DNA from: Selaginella moellendorffii
Lineage: Eukaryota > Plantae > Lycopodiophyta
Assembly (NCBI RefSeq): GCF_000143415.4
Contig: NW_003314433.1
Location: 109,375-173,374, forward strand
Direction of reading: 5' to 3'
Length of the DNA stretch: 64,000 bases
The translations under genes and the position numbers were made by a program. This document shows positions 23,601 through 34,148 of this stretch, piece by piece (position 1 is the first letter of the stretch; each line of letters begins with the position of its first letter). Under the pieces are notes generated by a model, which saw only the letters and a list, made by a program, of their open reading frames with translations, made no database searches and was not told where the DNA came from.

Positions 23601-25346
23601 AGAGAGTTGGCAGCCCAGGAGCTGGGGCGAATTGCAAGCAAATGCCCCTGCTCGTGAGTTGAGAGGATCAACTGAGCATTGAGCTTGTAGAGAGTCTCAG
23701 CTCGTCTACCAAAAGCTACTGGATGGCCAGTCTCGTCAAAGATGGTGCATCCGTCTGCGTTGAAGAGTGTTGAGAAGCCTTGATCTGCTGCTACACCAAC
23801 TGAGAACACTGTCTGTCCTGCTTCTGGTACGTAGTAGACCTGGTTCACGAGCTTCTCAGCTCCACTCTCCAACTTTATGACCGTTCCTTGTCCTTCCACT
23901 GTTAAGGGGCGTTTGTCTCCTACAAAGACTTGCTTCTCCTGCTCCAGTGGCCGGTACTTGTGAAAAGCTCTCTTCAATGGTGTGAGGTGCATCGAGGCTC
24001 CAGAATCCATCCAGAGCACTTCGGCTTCGGACACAGTGGATGAAGATGCAGCGAGCGTCATCATCAACATCGTGTCAGGTTGGCGTGAAGAAGAGCTTCT
24101 TTCAGCGCGAGCTTTCTCTGCGGCTTTCTTGATCCGGCATTCACGCTCCACGTGGCCAGCTTTGCCGCAGTAGTTACATGGGCCCTTGCGTTTTTTATTG
24201 GTTGCAAATCCAGGGCTGGGAGAAGGGCTCTTTTGTCCTCGAACAGGGCCATCTCGTTTCTTCCCACCCGATTGCTTTCCCATGATCAAGGCCTGCTCCA
24301 CCCGAGCAGCCTGAGAGGGCGCCTTTTGTCTCCGCTCGTTCTGCTTTCGTTCTTCCTCGATCAGGTCCGAGTAGAGCGAGTCCAAGTCCTTTCCAGGTAC
24401 AGCCGAGAGCATCGATGCGAAAGGTTGGAGATCAGGGGAGACAGAGCTTAGAAGGAATGCCTTAGCTTGGTCAATGGTGATTGCCGCTTCCGCGTCCTTC
24501 AGCTCGGTGATCATCGCTTTAAACTTTCCAATGTAAGTGGCCATGGTGTCATCAGGTTGCATTCTCATCGTGAAGAACCTTTGTGTTAGCACCACCTTAG
24601 CATTGGCAGCTTTGGCAGCGAAGATTTGTGTAAGGGATGTCCAGTTCTGGTGGGCTGTTTTGGTAAGATCAAGGAGATGAACGAATTCATCCCCAAGACC
24701 TAACCCGATGACAGAGAGCGCTTTTCGATTCTTGGAGTCCCAGTCGAGCCGTTGGGTTACATCCGCAGCAGCCGGACGTTGAGTCGTTCCATCCACTATA
24801 GGCCAGCAGTCCTTGGCCAAAAGGATAAGCTGTACTTTTGTTTTCCAAGTGGAGAAATTCTGTCCCGTGAACTTTTGGAGAAGTTTCTCCCAGCCCCCAG
24901 AGTCCCAAGAATTTCCTGCTGCGTTAGCAGAAGACATTCTATCTATTAATCTAAGAATAGATTAAACAGAGAATTTAGAAAGGACGGCGTGGAGAAGAAT
25001 CGTGAAAAACTCGGCCGCAACAAGGGCACACCATCCGGCAGGCTGGGCAAAGAGCTTGTTGGCGCTTTCGGTCCTGGATCTTCCGCTCCACCCGCGCCAG
25101 CACTGCCAAAGCCCTCGCGCGCTCCTGAGCCAAGGGTTCCTGGCCCCTTTGATTCTTCATCTGCCACTGTCCTCTTGCCATTAGATCGTTCGCTGCTCCG
25201 ATACCATGTGGTATTATGAAACGGTGTTGTGTTATTATTATGACGGTTGATACACGGTTAAATGTATGGGTTTATCGTGACGATCCGTGGCGGCGTCTGG
25301 ATCGCTCACGTGGCTGTGTGCTGACGTGGTCTTGTTCACTCCCACA
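20602..25346 (-). mobile_element. Nested Ty1/Copia LTR retrotransposon, antisense to the outer element
   Basis: 140-bp TG..CA LTRs at 20602-20741 and 25207-25346, with 1 mismatch seen. TSD TTACC at 20597-20601 and 25347-25351. PBS at 25195-25206 on the minus strand; PPT at 20742-20750. Confidence 0.97.
20870..24937 (-). CDS. Nested Copia gag-pol polyprotein, with small deletions in RT and RNase H
   Basis: Motifs CNYCGKAGHVEREC, WMDSGAS, integrase HTD..SD..E, LYVDD and GYSDADWAG. LYGLK-HQW lacks the usual QAPR, and the RNase H end is frameshifted at ~20880. Confidence 0.9.
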   Translation of the reverse strand: MSSANAAGNSWDSGGWEKLLQKFTGQNFSTWKTKVQLILLAKDCWPIVDGTTQRPAAADVTQRLDWDSKNRKALSVIGLGLGDEFVHLLDLTKTAHQNWTSLTQIFAAKAANAKVVLTQRFFTMRMQPDDTMATYIGKFKAMITELKDAEAAITIDQAKAFLLSSVSPDLQPFASMLSAVPGKDLDSLYSDLIEEERKQNERRQKAPSQAARVEQALIMGKQSGGKKRDGPVRGQKSPSPSPGFATNKKRKGPCNYCGKAGHVERECRIKKAAEKARAERSSSSRQPDTMLMMTLAASSSTVSEAEVLWMDSGASMHLTPLKRAFHKYRPLEQEKQVFVGDKRPLTVEGQGTVIKLESGAEKLVNQVYYVPEAGQTVFSVGVAADQGFSTLFNADGCTIFDETGHPVAFGRRAETLYKLNAQLILSTHEQGHLLAIRPSSWAANSLQLWHARLGHANSHDIQLLASHKLADDFTLTGASQLGVCETCQLGKQPRLPFPRRSPEDGASGFLQLVHTDVCHVPEATLSHKRYFVSFIDDYSRYAVAVLMAHKGEVYHHFQVYKSWAENATGCTIRTLRSDGGGEYMSKEFLAFLAQAGIHHEYTAAHTSQQNGVAERLNRTLMDCVRCLLQHAGMPKVFWGEALNTAVYLRNRLPTRSTGQVPFQVWTGKRPKLGHLRVFGCIAYAHIPDVQRRKLDPKSEKCIFMGYHTQVKAYRLYNCQRRKLVVSRDVVFDEARLYRDTLRLPPVSPPSLVDLSEILDDVPHLHPAPDNPAAAEPGGVAEGAPEGGDLAGGADHGTSLPSTPPLTTPQATAAASSSTNEQPDLSTLVADLFVGDELYQDATTPPSIPKLPPPPAGTAVVTRSGRVVKPSLKAKEAMPIGKRAYFWALSAPPASLGPQAALHGPEAEHWQAAMQEEYDSLQKNNTWSLVELPARRKLVSSKWLFKKKYNADGSIERYKARFVARGFSQVHGLDYSETYSPVVKLTTIRMLLILAAELDLELHQLDVCTAFLNGDIDEEVYMAQPPGFIQPGEEHLVCKLNKALYGLKHQWYTKIDSFLISLGFVRSAADCNLYIYFDAEGYLFLALYVDDAILVANQLRLIHKFKTYLGAKFAMKDLGELHFCLGIQVTRNRERGTLELSQAKYVSDVLQRYGLAHVNPVATPMETGTKLSAESGEYLDQSPEEEKASRAVYRSMVGSLIYLVISTRPDLAYAVGTVAKYLDRPSTAHWQALKRIMRYVAGTNQLSLKYSRGESGNKLAGYSDADWAGDPDNRKSTTGYVFLLNGNVASWCSKRQAITAMSSTEAEYIAAAAATKEAAWLKGLLQDLQINTGVVKLLCDNQSAIALTKNSRSREE

Positions 25347-25351
25347 TTACC

Positions 25352-28183
25352 ATGCTGCCAGATCTTGCTGGACGGAGTCTGGGCCTACACGCACAAAAGA
25401 CAACGACCAGTCACTCACTGGAGCTTTGGCACGCACGCCTGGGGCATCCTAGTGCTGATAGAATCAAGCAGCTCACACGCGAGCAGATGGTTGAAGGTCT
25501 AGACCTGGACCCAAGAGCCGTTCTTCCATTTTGCCAGGGCTGTCAGCTAGGAAAATCTACTCGCCAACCTTTCCCCAAGACTGGAGCATCTCGAGCTACA
25601 GAGCTCATGGAACTTGTACACACTGATGTGTGTGGCCCGATGGCCACCACAGCAGTGGGAGGTATCCAATACTTTATCAGTTTCATTGATGACTACAGTC
25701 GTCGCACTATGATCTACCCTATGGCTCGCAAATCCCAATCGTTACACTACTTCCAGACTTTCAAGGATATGGGAGAAACACAAACTGGGAAAATGCTCAA
25801 GCGATTGAGAAGTGATGGTGGAGGCGAATTCACTTCCAATGCTTTCAACCAGCTGTGTGAGCAAGGAGGGATTGTGCGAGAACTTACAACGCGAGAGACT
25901 CCACAACAGAATGGCGTAGCTGAGCGCAAGAATCGCACACTAGTGGAGAGTGCTCGGGCAATGCTACTTTCCAGTGGTTTGCCTCGCAGCTTCTGGTTTC
26001 ACGCTGTCTTGACGGCGAACTATCTCCAGAACCGGCTCCCCACCTCTGCCCTTGCTGACATCACTCCTGAAGAAGCATGGAGTGGCAAGAAACCTACAGT
26101 TACGCATCTGAGAATATTCGGGTGTGAAGCGTGGGCACACATCCCTGATGGAATGCGCAAGAAATTGGATCCCAAGAGCCAGAAGGCTGTGTTTGTGGGC
26201 TACAGCCTCGATCACAAAGCCTATCGTCTCTGGAATCCAATCACGAAGCAGGAGATCCTGAGCAGAGATGTGGTTTTCAACGAGAATTCGTTTCTTCCTT
26301 CTAGTCAAGGTTCTACTTCCAGACCTACCTTGACCGAAGAAAATGACGTTGAAGCGGAACAAGATCAGTTGACTGTCGGCACGATCACTGTGCCGCTTCA
26401 AACAGTCCCTACACAACAACCCATGCCCGCTTCTACTCCAACACCACCAACCCCGCCGCCTCCTCCAGATCCTCTACGCAGATCGATCCGCACAAGGCGG
26501 CCTACTGAGCGTCTCATCGAGACAATGGTCTCCTCTCGTGCAGCTGGGACTCCTACTGTTCCGAGGACCTATGGAGAAGCCATGGCCTCACAGGAAGCGT
26601 CTTACTGGCGTGTAGCAATGGAAGCCGAGATTGCTTCACAGCAAAAGAACGAGACACATGTTCTTGTTCCAACTGTGCCTTCCAATCGCCAGATTATCAA
26701 GAGCATGTGGGTGTATGCTCTGAAGCTTAATCCTGATGGCTCGGTTCGCTACAAGGCGCGATTGGTGGCGAAAGGATGCTCGCAAGTTCCTGGACTTGAC
26801 TACAACGACACCTTTGCTCCAGTGGTTAAGCATTCTACTCTTCGTTCCTTGATTAATTTTGCTGCGGTGGGAGACTTTGATCTGGAACAGATGGATGTGA
26901 CCACGGCGTTTCTTTATGGCGCGCTTGAAGAAGAAATCTATATGGCACAGCCAGAAGGATTTCTAGCCGCTGGAAAAGAGGATCATCTCTGGCTTCTCAA
27001 GAAAGCTGTCTACGGCTTGAAACAAGCACCCAGATCTTGGTACAAACGCTTTGACGATTTTATACTAAGTGTGGGCTTTTCCCGTAGCGAGGCAGACCCG
27101 AATCTTTATATTCAGGTGGAGGGTGAATCATTTGTGATCATCGCTCTTTATGTTGATGATACTCTTGTCATCCATAACCATCGCTTAATGTTTCTCCAGG
27201 TTAAGCCAGATCTTTGCAGCCAATTTGAGATGAAAACTCTTGGCTCGGCTTCCTACTTTCTTGGCATGGAACTTGTGCGTGATCGCTCTCAACGCACTAT
27301 CTATCTTCACCAAGCCAAGTATATAGAAGAGATGCTGGCCAGGTTTTCTATGACGAGCTCTAATCCAGTGGCGACACCAATGGAACTAGGCTGCCAGCTT
27401 TCACGAGCCATGTCTCCTGAGACAGAGGACGACAAGAGAGCCATGGACTCCATCCCTTACAGACAAGCTGTTGGCAGTCTCATGTATCCAGCTGTTTGTA
27501 CGCGCCCAGATATTTCTTTTGCCGTGAGCAAAGTTAGCCAATTCCTGGCTAATCCTGGATCTCAACATTGGGCAGCGGTGAAACGCATCTTCAGGTACCT
27601 TCGAGGTACTACTTACCTTGGATTGTGCTACCAGGGAAAAGCGCTTACCCTCACGGGCTACTGTGATGCTGATTTTGGGGGAGACTGTGACACACGCAAG
27701 TCCACCTCTGGCTATTCATTTTCCCTGGGCAGTGCGACAGTCTCGTGGTGCAGCAGGAAGCAAAGTACAGTGGCAACCTCTAGTACTGAAGCAGAATATT
27801 TGGCAGCCTCACAAGCTACCAAAGAAGGTGTGTGGTTACGCTCACTACTTTCTAACCTTGGTGTGAGTGTGAAGACTCCCACTCGCCTCTTCTGTGACAA
27901 TCAAAGCTGCATTGCGTTAGCGGCCAATCCTCGCTTTCATTCACGCACCAAACACTTTGGGATTCATCATCATTTTGTTCGTGAGAAAGTGGAAGATGGC
28001 ACAATTGAGCTGATCTACTGCGACACGACCACTCAGGTTGCAGATATCTTCACAAAAGCACTACCCCGAGATCGATTTCAAGTCCATCGCGAAGGGCTGG
28101 GACTTTCTCCACTGATGAGCATCACTCGTGATGGCCACAGTGCCAGTGGGAGTGTTGAGAGTGGCCCTGTGCCACGTGGCTAG
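25352..28183 (+). CDS. Outer Copia pol (integrase, RT, RNase H)
   Basis: Motifs LWHARLGH, VHTDVCGP, RLRSDGGGEF, YGLKQAPRSW, LYVDD, YCDADFGG and ADIFTKAL. Confidence 0.93.
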   Translation: MLPDLAGRSLGLHAQKTTTSHSLELWHARLGHPSADRIKQLTREQMVEGLDLDPRAVLPFCQGCQLGKSTRQPFPKTGASRATELMELVHTDVCGPMATTAVGGIQYFISFIDDYSRRTMIYPMARKSQSLHYFQTFKDMGETQTGKMLKRLRSDGGGEFTSNAFNQLCEQGGIVRELTTRETPQQNGVAERKNRTLVESARAMLLSSGLPRSFWFHAVLTANYLQNRLPTSALADITPEEAWSGKKPTVTHLRIFGCEAWAHIPDGMRKKLDPKSQKAVFVGYSLDHKAYRLWNPITKQEILSRDVVFNENSFLPSSQGSTSRPTLTEENDVEAEQDQLTVGTITVPLQTVPTQQPMPASTPTPPTPPPPPDPLRRSIRTRRPTERLIETMVSSRAAGTPTVPRTYGEAMASQEASYWRVAMEAEIASQQKNETHVLVPTVPSNRQIIKSMWVYALKLNPDGSVRYKARLVAKGCSQVPGLDYNDTFAPVVKHSTLRSLINFAAVGDFDLEQMDVTTAFLYGALEEEIYMAQPEGFLAAGKEDHLWLLKKAVYGLKQAPRSWYKRFDDFILSVGFSRSEADPNLYIQVEGESFVIIALYVDDTLVIHNHRLMFLQVKPDLCSQFEMKTLGSASYFLGMELVRDRSQRTIYLHQAKYIEEMLARFSMTSSNPVATPMELGCQLSRAMSPETEDDKRAMDSIPYRQAVGSLMYPAVCTRPDISFAVSKVSQFLANPGSQHWAAVKRIFRYLRGTTYLGLCYQGKALTLTGYCDADFGGDCDTRKSTSGYSFSLGSATVSWCSRKQSTVATSSTEAEYLAASQATKEGVWLRSLLSNLGVSVKTPTRLFCDNQSCIALAANPRFHSRTKHFGIHHHFVREKVEDGTIELIYCDTTTQVADIFTKALPRDRFQVHREGLGLSPLMSITRDGHSASGSVESGPVPRG

Positions 28184-28307
28184 TCCACGTGGAGAGACAC
28201 GAGTCTTCACCGGTTCACCATGTGACACATATGTACATTTTTCATTCCATATATGCTATGACGGATCTTGAGCACCATCACACGGTTTCACCTTTCATTA
28301 GATTCAC

Positions 28308-30027
28308 ACCTTGTCCGACGTTGCAAAGTGAGAGTTTTCGACCATCTTGAGGTAACTGCCAGACTCCAGTCACCTGAAAATTTAAATAACCTTTTTAGAA
28401 GTCCGCAGTAATTTTCCATTTTCCATAAGTACCTTGTCATATTTCTTGCGGATCTTGACGAATGCCATCACGTTCAAGGAGCTGCCAAGTGAGTTTTCAA
28501 CACTTTGAGAACATGGATCAATCGTATAGAGGTCATTCACCTGAAGTTTCTTAGGAGTCGAAGCCCACGATAAAATTCGACAAAGGCCGTCTGGAGCATC
28601 TTGGCTGCTCGCTGAACCTTTCCTTTGTTGCCAGGCTCCCCTTCAAGCTCTGAGATTCGTCATCTACAACATGGCAGAGATCAAACGATTCCAAGTTAAG
28701 TGCCACAGAATTAGAGGCTGCTAGAACGAACCTTGCATAGCGATGAGCTCTTCCATTTGGATGTGAAGTTGCCGTGCTTGAGCATCGTACTCGTCTTCCT
28801 TGCATCTAAAAAACTTGTCCACTTTGTTGAGCTGATCGTCAAGGCCGAAAAAGAAGCTCTTTTCGTGATCTGATCGAGTTCCAAACAGCTCCGTCTCGTA
28901 AAAATCCTCACCATCTCCAATTCTCGTCTTGTGCACAACCTGATCGTATTGAAGTGTTTTGTTTTGTCTTTACAGTCCAGAACATCCATGGACGTTTCCG
29001 AGGATATGGATTGTTCGCAGCAGCTGCTCAGGATGGCGCTGGGATTTTGCAGCAAGTTTTGAAGCTTGCTCTTGTCAACCGAGAAGACATTTGGATCGAA
29101 CACCTTGTGCTGCTGGTTCTTGGTATGTAGGATCTGGTTTTTGATTCTCTTGACAACTTTCTTGAGCTGCTTGTAGTCGCAGTACTTCACCCACCACTCT
29201 GGGACGAGCTGGCCCTCCAGCTGCTTCTGGAACTTCACCATGTCTGAAAGCTTGGATTACCTGAGGCGAACATCGTCAAGAAAACGATCAAGCAAGAGAT
29301 GAAATACCTGGAGGAAATGGTGTCAAGTTCAGAATGCCTCTTCAAACTTTTCTGGCGCCTGTGCTCTGGAAGCAGAGGAAGAACAGTGGCAGTGAGCATA
29401 TGACGAGACAAATGGTGGCGTGGAATCATCAAATGCATTGTGCTGGGGAGGAGCACCACCAATTCTCACAAGAAAACAGCACCTTAAGATCATCTCTGGA
29501 AAAAAGGAGGAAAGCCTTCTTCTCACCGAGGCCAGCGAACAATTACATAAGAATACGTTTTCCCGAGTGAAACTGACGCAGCAGAGTGCAGGAGGAGAGA
29601 AGAAGCAAGCGATCCATTGGCCTATGGAACTAAAAAAGGAAGCAAAAGGACAGGGAATGCAGGGGAATCTACATGAAAAGAAGTTGTCGTAAGTTACACA
29701 CTTACACACACTCTCACACACTTCAACTCTTTTCTTGTCAACACGAGTAATTTATGCGAGCGAAAGGGAATGAAAGAATCATTTGAGCATCTAAAGCATG
29801 GAAGGAAGCGAGGCACGTACTCTTTCCGGAAATCACGCTTATGGAACGTTTTGTTTTGTCGGAGTCCCAATTGCTGGCGCAACCAAACTGAAAGAATTGC
29901 ACAATCAATCGCAAGCCAAGCTTGGAATCGAGAGAGCTTGTTGAGTTCTTGAGGTGAGAGCCTTTTGCTCACTCAAAAACTTGGAGCCTTCTCTCCTTCT
30001 GCGAGAGGAAGAGGGAGTGGGGGAGTT
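28308..30027 (-). pseudogene. PHO1: Third, partial copy of the PHO1 5' region (leader and SPX exons; ATG at 29241), running into the 5' leader of ROCO copy 1
   Basis: [16 protein letters not shown] at 29241. Exons ..FSSLNVMAFVKIRKKYDK and ..YLKMVENSHFATSDK are present. It is contiguous with 18997 once the Copia is removed. Confidence 0.85.
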
Positions 30028-30429
30028 TAATGATCTGTTTTAAAATAGTGTTTGTTAAAAAAAACAAAAAACTTAAATGCTAAATACCTTTGCAGACTCA
30101 TATTTGTTTTCCCTCCAAGATTATGGGATGAAGAGCAAAATATTTTTCCATGATTGTCTCCTGTTTTTCTTCTTTCCCAACTGTAGTTGTCACTAGCTTA
30201 ATGTGAGACACAAAATTCCTAGGCCCCAAAGTGGAGCCCGAAGGGTGCCATGTGGTAGTGGCCGAAGCGAAAGCCAAACGAGTGTAACACGTTTGGGCCA
30301 AAAGCTCCGACTTGAAAGGTCGAGAGCAGGAGTGGAACTCCTAACGAAGTGCTCAAGGAATGAGCACAAGGCGAGCAATAAGCGAGGCTCCAAAAAGGGA
30401 CCTAAAAGGACCAACACATGACACGTGGA

Positions 30430-31030
30430 GGAGTCTGAGATGGAGTCCGAGATGGACCCGAGGTGGAGTCCGAGATGGACCCGAGATGGAGTCTGAGGTG
30501 GACCCGAGATGGACCCGAGATGGAGTCCGAGATGGAGTCCGAGATGGACCCGAGGTGGAGTCCGAGATGGACCCGAGATGGAGTCCGAGATGGACCCGAG
30601 GTGGAGTCCGAGATGGACCCGAGATGGAGTCCGAGATGGACCCGAGATGGACCCGAGATGGAGTCCAAGATGGAGTCCGAGATGGACCCGAGGTGGAGTC
30701 CGAGATGGACCCGAGATGGAGTCCGAGGTGGACCCGAGATGGACCCGAGATGGAGTCCGAGATGGAGTCCGAGATGGACCCGAGGTGGAGTCCGAGATGG
30801 ACCCGAGATGGAGTCCGAGATGGACCCGAGATGGAGTCCAAGATGGAGTCCGAGATGGACCCGAGATGGAGTCCGAAGTCGAGACCGAGACCGGGACCGA
30901 GACCGAGACCGAGATCGGGACCGAGACCGAGACCAAGGCCGAGACCGAGCCCGAGCCCGAGTCCGAGTCCGAGTCCGAATCCAAGTCCGAGTCCAAGTCC
31001 GAGTCCGAGTCCGAGTCCGAGTCCGAGCCT
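30430..31030 (+). repeat. Tandem array in the 5' LTR: GAGATGGAGTCC/GAGATGGACCC 12/11-mers, then GAGACC/GAGCCC/GAGTCC hexamers
   Basis: Read directly; it produces repetitive spurious ORFs in several frames. Confidence 0.95.
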
Positions 31031-34000
31031 GAGAGGGTGAAAGCCCAAAGCGTTCGTCTCCCAGACCCTGGGGGGTTTGGTGAGCTCCAAAAGTATAGTA
31101 GGGGGAGGACTGCAGTGGAGCCAGTTTGGCCCAGGAAGGCCGGACCCAGTGTTGGGTGATGAGCTGCCCACTGGGAAGTCCAAGACTAGAGTGAACACGG
31201 ACCGACAAGCGGGGTAGCTTGGTGAAGTGTTCAAGAGCCGGCTCTAGTTCCCCCGGGAGATCGACTGGCCGATGCTCCTAGTCCAAGTGTGGGTGGCACT
31301 ACCTACTTGGATACCTGGTGTGGCTCAACGGAACCCGCTCTAAGCCCATGGCTAGAGCACCCAAGGGCAGAAGGCGAGGAGAGTACCCAGGTGGCTTGCG
31401 TAAGGCCACTGTGTTTCGAAATGTTGTCCCAAAGGCCCAGACTGTGGAAAGGAAGAGGAGCAGTCCTCTGGGGTAGTGACCAAGGACACAGTCGTGTGGT
31501 GAGGAAGTCCCAGAGGACCGTGGGACTTAGTGGTCGGGCCTGTGGGTCTCAATCCAGTGGCAGTGTTGGCAAACACGGCCAGGGGCAGAAAGGGACTTAG
31601 TGGGGACTGACAGAGGGATATTGGGGAAGGCTATTCCCCTTGTCGGTGGGCATCCTAAGGATGCTAAGGAGTGGATCTCAGATGACCACTCACGGATGGT
31701 TTGCCTAGTCTTGGAGAGCCAAGACTGTGATGCAAGTGGTAATGGACTACCAGCGTGGCAAAGGTGATTGGGCATGGCCTTAGCGTAACAGACTGCCATG
31801 TCGGTGGTACCTTTGAGTGTCGGTCATGGGATCGGACACGGGGAGCACTTGGACCAAGTGCAAATGTTGAGTGGCATGGATGCCATTCTCAGGGCTAGCA
31901 AGTCCCAAGTCCTGGATTGGACTTATGGAGGTTGTGAATGAGACTCCTCCAAGTGGTCGGAGGTGTGGTTAAGTGACTAAAGTAGAATGGAAAATTTAGT
32001 CCCTTACAATTTGGTATCGGAGCTGTTCCTTAGTCCGACTTTTATTGGTGCTCAAGTATATCACCACTGGTGTTGGCAACGGAAGGTCTGAGAAGTGGGC
32101 CTATCCTTGAGGAGTAGTAGGTCGGGAAGACATGGCTCTCCATTACAGTTCATGTGTGAACTTGTAGACAAGGTGGTGGATAGAAAAGGGGCCAATAATG
32201 GAACGACTTTGGGATCTTGGGAACAGTGCAAGGTTTTCCTCATTGAGTTGAGGAGGTGATCCAGATGAGCGTTTGACTCAGCAAACGGGCTAATGTAGTT
32301 GGGGTAAACAACTATAGTTGGGATCACAGGGAAGATAGAGACTCCAAAAATAATAAAGGAGTCACAAGTTTATCCTCACATGGTTGAGGCTGGTGCTCAT
32401 GAAGGTGAGACCGGAATGGATGACCGTGAGAGGTCAAGTATGGATGAGGACACGAGTTCTCGAAATGGTAACCGGGACTACCTCTAATAAATGCTGGAAC
32501 AACCCAAGGAGTTGGGGGTGTATTAAGTGGATGAGTTGGTATTCTCATCACATGGACAAGTAGTCCTAAGGGGCAAAGGTTGCCCCCAGAGAACAAAATC
32601 AAGTGTCAGAGTAACACTTGTGAAAATAGTCCTTTTGAGTAGGACAGGAATGCAAGAAGTGTATTCAAGTGAGCTAGTGCCTCACAAGTGGGACCTTACG
32701 GGTCTGTGGATTAACCAAGTCCAAAACTGCTGGATGACTCAAGTAGAGTCAAGGAATGGTCCTAAAAGGACTAATGGAAGCATTTGGACTGTACCCCATG
32801 AAGGATGGAGGGGGGATCATAGGATCCAAGGATGAGAATAGAGGGTATCTTATCGATGGCAAAATGTGCCATGCTAAAGTCGTGGGAAAGGTGTTCCCAA
32901 AAAGAAAACAACTTTGACACAAAGTTGTGTGTGACCTCTATAATGCAGTGCTAATGAATGGTTGGCATGAGAAAGAGTGGTATCGGTTTTGGCAAAGACT
33001 TAGACACAAAGAAGAAGTGTTATAGAGGTAAGCTCGTAGAGCCGATGGTGTGGAGACACCAAAGGTGCCAATGTGTGATACCTTGAGGCTATGTTGGTGG
33101 GTTCATGGGAACCCCTTGCCAAAGGAATCCCAATAGAAATGGGAATGGCATAGCCTAAGCTGCAGAGCATGCAGTTGGAGTGTGGTGACCCAGATAATGA
33201 TGGAGGTGTGGAAGCACCAGCAATGAGTTGTAGGACTTGACAACTACAAGGCAACTAAGCAAGAGGTGCAAAATAATTGGTTAAACGGGTAGAAGGTAGC
33301 TACCCAAGCCTTCTTAATGGCATAGGGAAGTTGGATATACCTTTACGGGGGATAAGTTACTTATGTTGTGATATAGTAAGTCAATGTCATAAAAGGAAAT
33401 ACTCATTGTCAAGGAAGCCGTCATTGGGACACCCGAACACTCTAAAACACCAGGAGGTGGTGTTTGATGTCGCGAGGGCAGTAGATAAGGCCTAAGGGAC
33501 TAAGTCCCTAGCGAATGATGGATAGTAGGTGCTATCCAAATGTCCAAGGTGGCGGAGACAGGAGAAGACTGTCTACTCGAATTGGACAAAGCCAAAAATG
33601 GAATTTTGGCAAGGCTAGCGATGGGCATGCAAAGGCTCGTAAGCAACAACGTAATCCCGGTGTGTGGGATTATAGGGTGAGCATACATGGATTGAGGAAC
33701 CACTCCCTAGGCTATCGGGTAGGTTCATCCCTAAGAATACTTGCTAAGGCATGATAGAAAGTGCAAAGCTATCCTCCTGGTCTGGAGGAGAATGACTGAA
33801 GGAAAGGTGTGAAGCCAAAAGGAAGAAGTAAGGGGATAGAACCAAACCATAGGAATCGAAGGGCATAACCAATGTTGGTTATGCCAGCTGGGAATGGAGA
33901 ATCAAGTGGGGGCTCGAGGGTGTTGCCGCTAGCAACCGTGATGCCATGGAGAGTCGAAAATATGGAATTGTCCATGTTAGACTATATGGTAATTGGAAAG

Positions 34001-34121
34001 CTTGCAGAAAGGGGGGCCTTAGCAAGCTAAGGGACAGAGTTCCTTCAAGGTTCCCAAAGAGGATTCTAGGTAGCTTAGTACCTAGAAAGGCCAAGTGTAA
34101 ATGGTTCATGGAATGCGCGAA

Positions 34122-34148
34122 ATCAGAGTGGCGCAGCAGAAGCGTGGT
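34122..34148 (+). other. 5' fragment (27 nt) of plant initiator tRNA-Met inside the retroelement
   Basis: ATCAGAGTGGCGCAGCAGAAGCGTGGT compared with the plant tRNA-iMet 5' end ATCAGAGTGGCGCAGCGGAAGCGTGGT (recalled sequence): one mismatch. Confidence 0.75.

Larger units (their letters stand above)
18998..28302 (+). mobile_element. Ty1/Copia LTR retrotransposon (outer element)
   Basis: 150-bp LTRs at 18998-19147 and 28153-28302, with 3 mismatches seen. Target-site duplication (TSD) TTCAC at 18993-18997 and 28303-28307. Primer-binding site (PBS) TGGTATCGGAGC at 19148-19159; polypurine tract (PPT) before 28153. Domain order is gag-PR-IN-RT-RH. Confidence 0.97.

Noticed and set aside
30430-30880. 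CRISPR-like periodicity
   Set aside because: There are no unique spacers and no cas genes, and the context is a eukaryotic LTR.
30193-31234. Long repetitive ORFs (MDPRWSPRW.., SRVHLGLHLG..) in several frames, also at 36005-37094
   Set aside because: By-products of a stop-free tandem array inside the LTRs.
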